Counted from the stretch's first letter, positions 1 to 9,256 are shown. The stretch: DNA of 64,000 bases from Patescibacteria group bacterium (GCA_043807255.1 JAZDGD010000009.1:29476-93475), one strand, 5' to 3'. Program-made: numbers and translations. The notes: generated by a model from the letters alone, not told the origin.

Positions 1-1240
1 TGGAATTGTTATTTGATACATTTCTAACTGATTTTTCGATTCTTAAGCTTGGATTATCATAAACAGTATTTACAGAAACCGTTGTTGAACAAGTATCCGA
101 ACCACCATTGTAACCATAACATGTAAGTGTATAGGTAGATGTTGAACTTGGTGAAACAGATTGGTTCCCTGACAATGATTTTGATCCCGACCAAGCATTT
201 GAAGCCGTACAATAACTTGCATTATTTGAACTCCAATTTAAATTTGAATAATTACCATTAGTAATTGAACTTGGACTTGCATAAATTGAACAGCTAGGGA
301 CCGAAGTGGTTCCTACGCTTATGGTTGTCTGACAATATGCTGGAACAGCAGTATCTCTTTCAACTTTAACATTTACCACGTAAGTGCCCGCCGAAGAATA
401 ATCACAAGCGTCTATTACTGTTTTTGGATTATCCAAAATACTATCGAATGCATGTTCCCACGTTCCGTCATTTTTACAATCAAATTTATAATTAATTGTT
501 CCCGTAGCGGTTCCTTGAACCGTGGCGGTCAAATCTACATCATTTAATGGAGATGTTCCTGAGTTCGGGGTGGCATAGACAGAACAAGAAAGAGTGGGAA
601 TAACTATATTTGTAACTGTAACTGGAGCAGAACAAGTAGTTGTTCCGCCAGCACCAGTACAGGTTAATGCATAGGTTGAATTTGAACTTGGTGAAACAGA
701 TTGGTTTCCTGACAATGATTTTGATCCCGACCAAGCATTTGAAGCCGTACAAGATGTTGCATTTGTCGATGTCCAAATCAATAAGGAAGACTGACTATTT
801 GTAATTGAGATAGGATTTGCTGAAATTGAACAGGTAGGAACTGGTTCATGATTTTGTTCACAATAATTATATCCTAATGCACCACTGATGTCGCAATGAA
901 AATCCGAACCACATATTGGATCTTCTCTATAATCTCCGCAAGGATAAAAATGTCTTCCTTTGCATTGACCACCGTAACAGTCCATGGTATTGTTCCAGGT
1001 GCTTCCGGTACAATCAGATGTAACGCTACAAGCTGAATCTGGCTGCGCCAAACAAACACCAAGCACACAACTGCCAGAGGCACATTCTGCATTTATTGAA
1101 CAACTGGATCCATTTGGTAAGCTTGTAGCATTTACGGTCCCGATTACAGCAAAAACAGAAATTAAAACACAGACACCGGTTAAAACAACCATTGCTGTAG
1201 TCGAAAATTTTACATTTTGATTAAATGTTAGATTTTTCAT
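1..1240 (-). CDS. Large secreted/surface protein (Cys-rich N-terminal region, then repeated Ig-like units); runs off window start
   Basis: ATG at 1240 read manually: MKNLTFNQNVKFSTTAMVVLTGVCVLISVFAVIGTVNATSLPNGSSCSINAEC...; signal-like hydrophobic stretch; internal repeat; missing from ORF track because incomplete. Confidence 0.75.
   Translation of the reverse strand, partial: MKNLTFNQNVKFSTTAMVVLTGVCVLISVFAVIGTVNATSLPNGSSCSINAECASGSCVLGVCLAQPDSACSVTSDCTGSTWNNTMDCYGGQCKGRHFYPCGDYREDPICGSDFHCDISGALGYNYCEQNHEPVPTCSISANPISITNSQSSLLIWTSTNATSCTASNAWSGSKSLSGNQSVSPSSNSTYALTCTGAGGTTTCSAPVTVTNIVIPTLSCSVYATPNSGTSPLNDVDLTATVQGTATGTINYKFDCKNDGTWEHAFDSILDNPKTVIDACDYSSAGTYVVNVKVERDTAVPAYCQTTISVGTTSVPSCSIYASPSSITNGNYSNLNWSSNNASYCTASNAWSGSKSLSGNQSVSPSSTSTYTLTCYGYNGGSDTCSTTVSVNTVYDNPSLRIEKSVRNVSNNNS
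121..840. repeat. Intragenic direct repeat, 540-bp offset (~121-300 vs ~661-840)
   Basis: TTGAACTTGGTGAAACAGATTGGTT(C/T)CCTGACAATGATTTTGATCCCGACCAAGCATTTGAAGCCGTACAA at 142 and 682. Confidence 0.9.
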
Positions 1241-1294
1241 AAATTTTTATATTTATACTGTTTTTATACTTATATGATAAGTATATCACAATAA

Positions 1295-1924
1295 CTAATT
1301 GTTGTCAAGGACTTGTACGGTTTTCACAACAATTCTTTTCCACGCTGTATTTACTGGCCAACAACTAACTAAATATAAAACTGAATTATTTTCATCCTTT
1401 TGAAAAATTAAATCCTTTGGTGCCTTGATTTCCTTGCCTTCTACTCTATAAACAAAACTTTTTTGCTTGGATAAAACAATAATTTCGTCTCCAATGTTAA
1501 GTTTGTTTAGTAATGCGAAAATAGACCCATATTGCCCCTTATACCATGGATAAGCAGAACTATGTCCCATAATAACCATAGTCCCGTTTTCGTTTAAAGC
1601 AGTTGAGCCGGGGAGGAAAATTACTCCCTTTTCAAGGTCTGCTTGCAAGCTTTTCTCTTCTGGGTTCTGTGAAAGAACTACTGGCGCCTCTATATTTAAG
1701 GAAGGAATTAAAAGTCTGTCGGGAAATAAATATTCTTTACTGGGCAACACCAAATTAATTATTCCCTGTAATTCAGATTGATTTAGGGTTAATTGGTCTG
1801 AAGCTGGCGGTGGTCCAATAAAAGAATATTTAATTTGCATATAGATAAATCTGCCATTAAAAATAATCATCATCACGCCCAAGACAATAATGCAGATTAA
1901 AATAAAAATTAAAACTTCTTTCAT
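1295..1924 (-). CDS. Sortase family protein
   Basis: N-terminal TM; GHS, F..L..L..GD, LVSCWP and downstream R motifs. Confidence 0.85.
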   Translation of the reverse strand: MKEVLIFILICIIVLGVMMIIFNGRFIYMQIKYSFIGPPPASDQLTLNQSELQGIINLVLPSKEYLFPDRLLIPSLNIEAPVVLSQNPEEKSLQADLEKGVIFLPGSTALNENGTMVIMGHSSAYPWYKGQYGSIFALLNKLNIGDEIIVLSKQKSFVYRVEGKEIKAPKDLIFQKDENNSVLYLVSCWPVNTAWKRIVVKTVQVLDNN

Positions 1925-1925
1925 A

Positions 1926-2879
1926 TTAAATTATATCTATTTTACTATTTAATAATGCTCCGCCATTAAACAATGCTATGGCCGCGATTAAAACAATAAA
2001 AATTAAAACCATTAAAATCATTTTTGGATATTGAATTTTTATGTTTATAAAGAAGCTAAGCATTAAAATTAAGCTCACAATGCCTAAGACAATTACGAAA
2101 ACAGTATTCATCCATGATTCTGGTTGATATAAGGCGCTCCTTTGCTTAAAAACTTCCGGACCTTTTAATAATTCTATTTCTTCTCCTTGAACAATCGGTT
2201 TGCTTACCGGGACATTAATGACTGCGGGGGTTTCTGTTTTATTGGCGTCTGGAGTTATAACTGGCGTTGGTAAAACAGCAACCTGTTGGGTTGTTGTTTT
2301 ACCAAAAAGCTCAACAGCAACTGTTGTTTCTTTGCCATTAATAGTTCCCCTAATCACGGCAATGCCAATGTCTTTATAGTTTCCATTTAGAATATTTGCT
2401 TTGTGTGTTGGAGAATTCATCCATGCTTGATGAACATATTCGCTTTCACTAAATCCCCTAGCCAAATTTTCTCCTGCTGCTGAATATTTATATCCTGCTT
2501 TTGTAAACCAATACCAGGGACTTAGCCCCTTGGGACTGGTATGAGAAAAATATCCTTGGTTTATCATGTCTATTGCTTTTTTGGTTGCTGCGTCGACTAG
2601 TCTGGCATTTACAATTAACGGCTCCAACCCTTGTGCTGACCTCTCTTGATTTGTTAATTCAATTAATTCGGCCCCCGTAACAACGGCAAAATTGCTGGTT
2701 TGAGGAAAATATGCCAACCAAGTAAAGGCAATAAATTTAAAAACCAATAAAACCACAGCCAACTTAAACAGATTTTTAGGCCTAAAAATCTGTGGTTTCC
2801 ATAAGTTCTTTTTCGTAGGAATAAACATCCTACTAAACCATTTGACAATATTTCTCATATTTGTCATTATAGCATACAA
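1926..2879 (-). CDS. CAP (SCP) domain membrane protein
   Basis: LTNQER, YFSH, AGENLA, WMNSPTHKANIL motifs; TM segments. Confidence 0.9.
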   Translation of the reverse strand: MYAIMTNMRNIVKWFSRMFIPTKKNLWKPQIFRPKNLFKLAVVLLVFKFIAFTWLAYFPQTSNFAVVTGAELIELTNQERSAQGLEPLIVNARLVDAATKKAIDMINQGYFSHTSPKGLSPWYWFTKAGYKYSAAGENLARGFSESEYVHQAWMNSPTHKANILNGNYKDIGIAVIRGTINGKETTVAVELFGKTTTQQVAVLPTPVITPDANKTETPAVINVPVSKPIVQGEEIELLKGPEVFKQRSALYQPESWMNTVFVIVLGIVSLILMLSFFINIKIQYPKMILMVLIFIVLIAAIALFNGGALLNSKIDII

Positions 2880-2906
2880 ACCATATGCTCGTCAAGTTTT
2901 TTTTAA

Positions 2907-2935
2907 AAATGTCAGAGGTCATACCTCTGACATTT
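2907..2935. repeat. GAGGT-N3-ACCTC palindrome (REP-like)
   Basis: AAATGTCAGAGGT-CAT-ACCTCTGACATTT; near-identical copy at 63944-63972. Confidence 0.85.
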
Positions 2936-3000
2936 GTTATTTCGCGACATCGGATATTTCCTATATTACGACATCGCAAGTCGTAATATAGCCAACAAAC

Positions 3001-3570
3001 TTAAATTCTAAAAATATCATTTATTGTTTTTGGCGTAAGTTTAAATTTTTCTTTTCGAAAAGATTTTTTTGTTACCTCGTCAATGTCTTGTGTTGAAAAA
3101 GTGTCAGCACCAATCAACTCATAATGATCGTCCACTTTACCTATTCTGCCAAAAAACACATAACCCTTCTCGGTATCAAAAGTAGCCCTATATTCATTCA
3201 TCAACCATTTTTTGTTAGTTTGTAAATCCTTAATTGTAAGACTTTTGCTTCGTTCCATGTCTAACACTTCAAACATTCCGTATTCGCTATCAAGCAAATC
3301 TTTATAGAGTTTCATTTCTAATTCATTAAGATTAAAAGGATTAGTAATAATAAAATTTTTAATTGGCGTATAGCCATTATTTAATACAAAATCGTATAGG
3401 AACCATTCGTTAAAAAAGATTTCGCCTTGTTTGGTGGTTCCAAGAGAACCGCCTCTCTCTAAATCTGGACGATTATAAAATTCACGCAAAGCGCACATTA
3501 CTTCTTCGCTAAACTCGGGCGCAGTAAAATAATATTTATATACTTTTGCTATTGATCCTTTTGGTAGCAT
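3001..3570 (-). CDS. Hypothetical protein
   Basis: 189-aa ORF with FNEWFLYDF and YGMFEV motifs; function not recognised. Confidence 0.7.
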   Translation of the reverse strand: MLPKGSIAKVYKYYFTAPEFSEEVMCALREFYNRPDLERGGSLGTTKQGEIFFNEWFLYDFVLNNGYTPIKNFIITNPFNLNELEMKLYKDLLDSEYGMFEVLDMERSKSLTIKDLQTNKKWLMNEYRATFDTEKGYVFFGRIGKVDDHYELIGADTFSTQDIDEVTKKSFRKEKFKLTPKTINDIFRI

Positions 3571-3573
3571 AAT

Positions 3574-3888
3574 TTATAAATTTTCAACGGCTTTTTTGCG
3601 ATATAACAAAATCAATCTTTCAGAATCATATTCTTTAATTTTATCTTGTGCCATAATTATTAATCCCTCCCATGCCAAAATATTAGCTTTTATTTGAGAA
3701 ATCGCTTCGTTCTTTAACTCGTGATTTTGGATTTCTGAATCATTTTCAGCAATTTTCAAAGTCGCTTTTTCTATTTCTATGTCTTCTTCCAATCTAACTA
3801 TATCGTCTTTCTCTTCCATTTTTATTTTCTCAAGTCCCTCTAATTCTTGATTTATTCTTTCCAGTTTTTTATTTTTAACTATTTCCAT
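3574..3888 (-). CDS. Hypothetical coiled-coil protein
   Basis: 104-aa charged ORF tightly spaced with neighbour. Confidence 0.6.
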   Translation of the reverse strand: MEIVKNKKLERINQELEGLEKIKMEEKDDIVRLEEDIEIEKATLKIAENDSEIQNHELKNEAISQIKANILAWEGLIIMAQDKIKEYDSERLILLYRKKAVENL

Positions 3889-3919
3889 AAATTTATTTTA
3901 ATTAATTCGTTATCTTATC

Positions 3920-4093
3920 TTAAATCACCCTTAATTGCCTTAGATCTTTGAAGTTATGTTTTTCAACCAAAGTATCTCTATGCCAAACTTTTAAAAGTTT
4001 GGCATCCCATTCTAAATAATCGAAGGGTTCGCAAGTAGTCTTAAAATAAGAATAAATTTTATTATATTGAGATTGGAAAATTTTATATTTCAT
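3920..4093 (-). CDS. Small hypothetical protein (57 aa)
   Basis: Manual translation MKYKIFQSQYNKIYSYFKTTCEPFDYLEWDAKLLKVWHRDTLVEKHNFKDLRQLRVI*; fills gap between co-oriented genes. Confidence 0.55.
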   Translation of the reverse strand: MKYKIFQSQYNKIYSYFKTTCEPFDYLEWDAKLLKVWHRDTLVEKHNFKDLRQLRVI

Positions 4094-4112
4094 TTTTTAT
4101 ATTTTTTTAACT

Positions 4113-4880
4113 TCATAATAATTCGTATTTGCCCGAACCAATAAATCTTAAATAATTTTTATTTCTTAAAAATTGTAATTGTTGTCGGATTTTATCCTTA
4201 ATGTGTTTATTTTCCGGATGAATAATTTTTAGGTCAGTTTCGAAATTATAAATATCTTGTAAATAAAATTCTTTTTTATCTATAAAATCAATACAATTCA
4301 TAATATCTAAAATCCAGCCCCTTGCGTCTGCTTTTTTAATTTTTTTAAGAAAAACCGTTTTTTGCCATTTATCTAAAACTTGTTTTTTAGAAATTTCTTT
4401 TCCGTTTTCTACGTAAAATACTTGCCCCGCTTTGGGAATTTTTGAAAATAAAATATTTGAACCGATCCAGCCAGCTCTTCTGGCTGTCTCTTTTAGGGGT
4501 TTTCTTTTCTCAACAATTTCAGAAACAAAAAAATGTTTTGGCACAACTAAAAAATCATTTACATACAGCGACTCTAAATATCCCATAAAAAAGAAATTTG
4601 GTTTAACTTGAGAATTTATTCTTTCTATCATTTTCGAATATGCTCCAGCGGGTATAATTTTATTAATCTTTCCTTTTTTTGATTTTAATTCAAAATCTTC
4701 ATTACATTTTTCACAATAAAAATCTGCTACTGGCTTATTGTTCTCATAATTAGTAATCTTTATATTCCCACAATTAGGACAAAAAATTTCATTGTTGACC
4801 CAGTTCTCCGTTAAAACTCTCGTTTTTTGAGATAAACTTTTGTATTTATCGGCAATTTTTGTATCGAAAGATAAATTCAT
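4113..4880 (-). CDS. DpnI-like / Dam-replacing family restriction endonuclease
   Basis: SQKTRVLTENWV, CPNCG, PVADFYC..C.EDFELKS, RRAGWIG and C-terminal KIRQQLQFLR winged helix. Confidence 0.9.
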   Translation of the reverse strand: MNLSFDTKIADKYKSLSQKTRVLTENWVNNEIFCPNCGNIKITNYENNKPVADFYCEKCNEDFELKSKKGKINKIIPAGAYSKMIERINSQVKPNFFFMGYLESLYVNDFLVVPKHFFVSEIVEKRKPLKETARRAGWIGSNILFSKIPKAGQVFYVENGKEISKKQVLDKWQKTVFLKKIKKADARGWILDIMNCIDFIDKKEFYLQDIYNFETDLKIIHPENKHIKDKIRQQLQFLRNKNYLRFIGSGKYELL

Positions 4881-4934
4881 ATATTTTTATCATACCTCTT
4901 TTAATAAATTTTTACCAGCATTATAGATATTTTA

Positions 4935-5136
4935 ACAGAAATACCCGAGGTCTGACCTCGGGTATTTCTGTATCTTATGAGGCTAAGCCTCGTAAGATAT
5001 AATCCTGATATCGGGAGGTTCGACCTCTAACGCCCCCCCGCATCAACACTTAATATTGGGAGGTCGAACCTCTTATTATGTGGGACGTGCGACGTCCCAC
5101 ATAAATACGAAACATACGGAGAACTGTTCTCCGTAT
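4935..5136. repeat. Array of six tri-loop palindromes
   Basis: 4935-4971, 4971-4999, 5015-5027, 5060-5072, 5076-5104, 5114-5136, each with a 3-nt centre. Confidence 0.85.
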
Positions 5137-5160
5137 CTTCTATCTGTCCACTATTAATGA

Positions 5161-5302
5161 GAATTTGTTTGTCACTGAGACAATTTCGCAGGCAAAATGC
5201 ATGGTTTCGTCCCAACAAACATGTCGTGGACGAAATTTTGCCGAGAATTAGCACGGCCACTCGCTGGAGTGGCCGATGCGTGTCGACATGACAAATAAAT
5301 TC
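5161..5302 (+). ncRNA. Putative structured RNA/ssDNA element, copy 1
   Basis: Multi-stem fold homologous to 52305-52432 with compensatory changes; strand inferred from G-U pairs. Confidence 0.55.
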
Positions 5303-5309
5303 GAGTGCT

Positions 5310-5843
5310 CTATCTCTTGCTCCACTGTGGCGCCTTACGGGCTTTCTTGAGGCCGAATTTTCGACGCTCTTTCTCTCTTGGGTCTCTTTTTAAAAATCCT
5401 GCCTTCTTTAGTTTCTTTCTAAAATTAATATCAAAAATAATCAATGCTCTAGAAATACCATGTCTGATTGCTTCCGCTTGTCCAGAAATTCCACCGCCAT
5501 TAACTTTCACTGTTCCTGAAAATCGGTTTGCTGATTTTAGCTTTGCAAACGGAGATTCGATTGTTTGTTGTAAAATTTGGGTTGGAAAATATTGCTTATA
5601 ATTTTTTCCATTAACTATAAGATTCCCTGCTTCCATTGATTCTGATGGATTGACAGTAAAAAGCCGAACACGAGCAACTGCTCTTTTTCTTCTGCCAACG
5701 GCCTCAATATATTCTGACTTTTTGAGCTTCCTCTCTCCAACAACGTCTTCAGAAATAGGCAGGACAACCTGAATATCCTCTGTACTTTCAGCGGGTTTTT
5801 TGGCCACTTTAACAGATTTAATTTTACTTGATTTCTCCGGCAT
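5310..5843 (-). CDS. rpsI: 30S ribosomal protein S9
   Basis: GRRKRAVARV, GGGISGQAEAIRHGISRAL, KAPQWSKR. Confidence 0.98.
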   Translation of the reverse strand: MPEKSSKIKSVKVAKKPAESTEDIQVVLPISEDVVGERKLKKSEYIEAVGRRKRAVARVRLFTVNPSESMEAGNLIVNGKNYKQYFPTQILQQTIESPFAKLKSANRFSGTVKVNGGGISGQAEAIRHGISRALIIFDINFRKKLKKAGFLKRDPREKERRKFGLKKARKAPQWSKR

Positions 5844-6183
5844 ATAATTTTAAATTTTTTATTGTTTTATCTCTTAATGTATTTTTGGGGAGCATATCCC
5901 TCACTGCCATTCGTAGTGGCGCACTTGGATCTTTTACGATTAAATCCTTTAACTTGATCTCACTCACACCACCGGGATATCCTGAATGACGTCTATAAAT
6001 TTTCCCTTCCATTTTATTGCCCGTATAAATAATTTTTTCTGTATTAAAAACTACAACCTTGTTATCGCTTACCTTATAAGCCTTGAAGTCTGTACTATTT
6101 TTGCCACGCAAAAGAACAGCAATTTCAGTTGCTAATTTTCCGAGTTTTTTTTCTGAAGCGTCTATTGTGTAGTCCTTTGCCAT
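5824..6183 (-). CDS. rplM: 50S ribosomal protein L13
   Basis: IDA..LGKLA, HSGYPGG, MLPKN. Confidence 0.97.
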   Translation of the reverse strand: MAKDYTIDASEKKLGKLATEIAVLLRGKNSTDFKAYKVSDNKVVVFNTEKIIYTGNKMEGKIYRRHSGYPGGVSEIKLKDLIVKDPSAPLRMAVRDMLPKNTLRDKTIKNLKLYAGEIK

Positions 6184-6187
6184 AAAA

Positions 6188-6541
6188 TTATTTTTTTATT
6201 AACTCTATAAAAGCCATTGGTGCGGCATCGTTCTTTCTCTGCCCGGTTTTCATGATTCTCGTATAGCCACCAGTTTGATTAATATATTTTGGTGCAATGT
6301 CTTTCATTAACTTGTCCACTATTCTTGGTTTAAAATCCATTAACAGCAACCTTCTGCTTGCCAGGGTATTTTTTCTGGCTCTTGTTATCGCCTTCTCAAT
6401 AAAAGGCTTAACTTTTTTTGCCTTACCTTCGGTTGTAGAAATCCTTCCTTTCAAAATTATTGCAGTCGCTAAGGAGCACAAGATTGCTTTGCGCTGATGA
6501 AACGAACTGCCTAATTTTTGTTTTTTCTTTCGGTGTCGCAT
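6188..6541 (-). CDS. rplQ: 50S ribosomal protein L17
   Basis: MRHRK, GGYTRI, DAAPMAFIEL. Confidence 0.97.
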   Translation of the reverse strand: MRHRKKKQKLGSSFHQRKAILCSLATAIILKGRISTTEGKAKKVKPFIEKAITRARKNTLASRRLLLMDFKPRIVDKLMKDIAPKYINQTGGYTRIMKTGQRKNDAAPMAFIELIKK

Positions 6542-6544
6542 GGA

Positions 6545-7315
6545 TTACTTTTTCTTGGCTTTTTTTGTTACTTTTTTAGATTTTTTTTCTCCGACCTCGG
6601 TCCCGATCTTCATCGGGACAACGATTGGAGCGGGTGCGAAAACTCCAAATTGTTCAAGTAAAATTTCCGCTGCTCTATTAAATGCGTATTCTGGTTCAAC
6701 GCTACCGTCGGTTTCAATATCAATTTTAACTCTATTAAAATCGGTTTTATCTCCAACGCGCATATTCTCTACTTCATAATTAACCCTCTTTACTGGAGTA
6801 TAAATTGCATCTAAAGCAATTGCGCCAATTTCTAGTTTGTCTTTCTTTCTTTGTTCAACCGGAACATAACCTAACCCCGTCCCAATTTCAAGTTCCATTT
6901 CTAATTTTGCCTTAGCACTGGTGAGCGTTGCGATATGTGCATCTTTATTAACAACCTCAATTTCTGCGGTTGTTTTAATGTCTTTTGCCTTCACTTCTTT
7001 TTCTCCACTTGCCTTTAATTCTATTTTTATTGAAGGAATTTCTGCGTTTACCTTAAATCTTATTTGTTTTAAATTTAAAATTATTTGAATCACGTCTTCC
7101 AAAACATTGGGAATAGTAGAAAATTCATGACTTACTCCCTTAATCTTAACCGAAGTGATTGCAGCGCCAGACAAAGATGACAAAATCACTCTTCGAAAGG
7201 CGTTACCAATAGTTATGCCATAGCCGGGGTAACAATTATCTATTTCAAAAATTGCACGGTTATCGCCTTTTTTAATAACTTTCGGTTTTATTGGTAAAGA
7301 TATTTTGTGTTCCAT
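6545..7315 (-). CDS. rpoA: RNA polymerase alpha subunit (no alpha-CTD)
   Basis: GYGITIGNAFRRVILSS, HEFSTIP, DAIYTPV; ends in Lys-rich tail. Confidence 0.97.
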   Translation of the reverse strand: MEHKISLPIKPKVIKKGDNRAIFEIDNCYPGYGITIGNAFRRVILSSLSGAAITSVKIKGVSHEFSTIPNVLEDVIQIILNLKQIRFKVNAEIPSIKIELKASGEKEVKAKDIKTTAEIEVVNKDAHIATLTSAKAKLEMELEIGTGLGYVPVEQRKKDKLEIGAIALDAIYTPVKRVNYEVENMRVGDKTDFNRVKIDIETDGSVEPEYAFNRAAEILLEQFGVFAPAPIVVPMKIGTEVGEKKSKKVTKKAKKK

Positions 7316-7330
7316 ATAAATTATTATTCA

Positions 7331-7402
7331 AATCTACAAATTGTTATGCGAATCTACGAATTATTCGTTGATTCGGATACAGATTCGTATCATTCGGATA
7401 AT
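7331..7402. repeat. CGAAT/ATTCG inverted-repeat element family A, copy 1
   Basis: Similar to 60245-60316 and to reverse complement of 40936-41005. Confidence 0.85.
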
Positions 7403-7416
7403 GTATTAATTAAAAA

Positions 7417-8049
7417 TTATCTTGAATAAAATTCAATAATCATTGCTAGGTCAACCGGAAGTTCAACCTGTGCCCTGCCCGGAGCCCCATGAACAATTGC
7501 TTTAAATGTTTCACCCTCCTTGCTCTCAACTGAAAGCCATGACGGAATAGTTTGTTTTTTAATTTTTGCTTCCATGTCTTTAAATATGATCTTTTTTATA
7601 CTTTCTGGCCTGATTGCAATAACATCGCCCTTCTTAAGATGAATTGATGGAATGTCAACCCTTTTGTTGTTTAACAAAACATGACCATGGCTAACTATTT
7701 GTCTGGCCTTGGCCCTCGATCCGGCAATTCCTAATCTAAAAATAGCGTTATCTATTCTGGTTTCTAATTTTGCAATTAGAACATCGGGCACAACACCCTT
7801 TACCCTTGAAGCTTCTTCAAAATATTTTCTAAACTGTCTCTCGGTTATTCCATAAATTTTCTTAACTTTTTGTTTTTCAGCTAATTGAGCACCATATTCA
7901 GATAGAGCTGATTTATGTTTCTTTGCTTTCATGCCCGGAGGATATGGCTTTTTGATCATTGCGCACTTTACACTAAAACATCGCTCTTCTCGTAAAAAGA
8001 GTTTTTGCCCTGAACGTCTACATTTTTTACAAATTGGTCCTCTTAACAT
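7417..8049 (-). CDS. rpsD: 30S ribosomal protein S4
   Basis: CKKCRR, SEYGAQLAEKQK, ARQIVSHGH, IIEFYSR. Confidence 0.98.
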   Translation of the reverse strand: MLRGPICKKCRRSGQKLFLREERCFSVKCAMIKKPYPPGMKAKKHKSALSEYGAQLAEKQKVKKIYGITERQFRKYFEEASRVKGVVPDVLIAKLETRIDNAIFRLGIAGSRAKARQIVSHGHVLLNNKRVDIPSIHLKKGDVIAIRPESIKKIIFKDMEAKIKKQTIPSWLSVESKEGETFKAIVHGAPGRAQVELPVDLAMIIEFYSR

Positions 8050-8054
8050 AAATT

Positions 8055-8507
8055 TTAAACGCGCCTTGGTTTTGGTGGCCTACAACCATTGTGTGGAATC
8101 GGAGTAATATCTTTAATCGCCTGGATATCTAATCCCGCTCCAGCGATTGCTCGAATTGCTCCTTCTCGACCAGAACCGACGCCTTTTACATATACAAACA
8201 CCTCCCTAACTCCCGTTTTATTGACTTTATTCATTAAAGATTCAACAACTCTTGATGCGGCAAATGGAGTGGCTTTTTTGGGCCCCTTAAATCCGACAGC
8301 TCCTGCGCTTTCAGTGGCAACAACTTCGCCTTTCATGTCAGTCATAGTAATAATCGTATTATTATATGTTGCTTGAATATAAACCCTTGCCTGTTCTAAA
8401 TGACGGCCACCTTTTGCTTCTTTTTTGCCTTTTATTTTGGCATCAGTTGCCTCGCCTGCTTTTAAAGCCTCTTCTGTTGTTTCTTTTGTAATTTTTTTCT
8501 TTCCCAT
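8055..8507 (-). CDS. rpsK: 30S ribosomal protein S11
   Basis: ATYNNTI, DITPIPHNGCRPPKPRRV. Confidence 0.98.
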   Translation of the reverse strand: MGKKKITKETTEEALKAGEATDAKIKGKKEAKGGRHLEQARVYIQATYNNTIITMTDMKGEVVATESAGAVGFKGPKKATPFAASRVVESLMNKVNKTGVREVFVYVKGVGSGREGAIRAIAGAGLDIQAIKDITPIPHNGCRPPKPRRV

Positions 8508-8515
8508 AATAATTT

Positions 8516-8911
8516 TTAGGTTTTTTCGGACGATTTCTTTCGACCGCTTCCCATTGTTTTTCTTTGATTACCCCTAATTGTTCGATTGTTGGTTTTAGTA
8601 TTTTGTCCTCTTACTGGCAATCCCTTAATATGTCGGAGGCCACGATAACAACCAATTTCCTTTAATCGTTTTATGTTCATCATTTTTTCTCTACGTAAAT
8701 CTCCTTCAATCTTATATTTACCACTTCCCTCAATAATTTCTCTTAATTTGGTGCTTTGATTCTCGTTTAATTCTTTGGTTCTTGTGTCTGGGTTTATCCC
8801 TGCTTTTTTCAAAATTTCTTGACTTAAAACCAAACCTATCCCATATACGTAGGTTAAAGCAACTTCTATTCTTTTGTTGTCTGGGACATTTACCCCTGCG
8901 ATTCTTAACAT
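8516..8911 (-). CDS. rpsM: 30S ribosomal protein S13
   Basis: [20 protein letters not shown]. Confidence 0.98.
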   Translation of the reverse strand: MLRIAGVNVPDNKRIEVALTYVYGIGLVLSQEILKKAGINPDTRTKELNENQSTKLREIIEGSGKYKIEGDLRREKMMNIKRLKEIGCYRGLRHIKGLPVRGQNTKTNNRTIRGNQRKTMGSGRKKSSEKT

Positions 8912-8919
8912 ATTAAAAA

Positions 8920-9033
8920 TTATCCTTGTCTTTGTTTGTGCTTAGGATTTGAACAAATAACGTAAATTCGACGTTTACGTCGAACTATTTTGCATTTACT
9001 GCAGATCTTTTTTACCGAAGTTCGAACTTTCAT
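8920..9033 (-). CDS. rpmJ: 50S ribosomal protein L36
   Basis: Manual translation [37 protein letters not shown]. Confidence 0.97.
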   Translation of the reverse strand: MKVRTSVKKICSKCKIVRRKRRIYVICSNPKHKQRQG

Positions 9034-9040
9034 AATATTT

Positions 9041-9256
9041 TTATTTTTCGCGATATACGATTCTTCCTCTTGTGCTGTCATAGGGGCTCAATTCAATCTT
9101 CACCCTATCTCCGGCCAAAATCTTAATGAAATGAATTCTCATTTTGCCAGAAACGTGTGCCAAAACCTCTGATCCGTCATCAAGTTTAACCTTGAAATTT
9201 GCGTTTGGCAATCCCTCGATAATTATTCCGTCTTTCTTTATTCCTTCTTGTTTCAT
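9041..9256 (-). CDS. infA: Translation initiation factor IF-1
   Basis: [25 protein letters not shown]; start set to ATG at 9256. Confidence 0.96.
   Translation of the reverse strand: MKQEGIKKDGIIIEGLPNANFKVKLDDGSEVLAHVSGKMRIHFIKILAGDRVKIELSPYDSTRGRIVYREK

Noticed and set aside
4935-5136. CRISPR array
   Set aside because: Units differ from each other and lack unique spacers of regular length.
5175-5235. Hammerhead ribozyme (CTGA...GAAA)
   Set aside because: CUGANGA spacing and stem arrangement do not match, and the CGAAA segment is not conserved in copy 2.
5027-5260. 77-aa ORF, and similarly 46860-47117 and 30848-31033
   Set aside because: Read-through of palindromic repeats or antisense to real genes.
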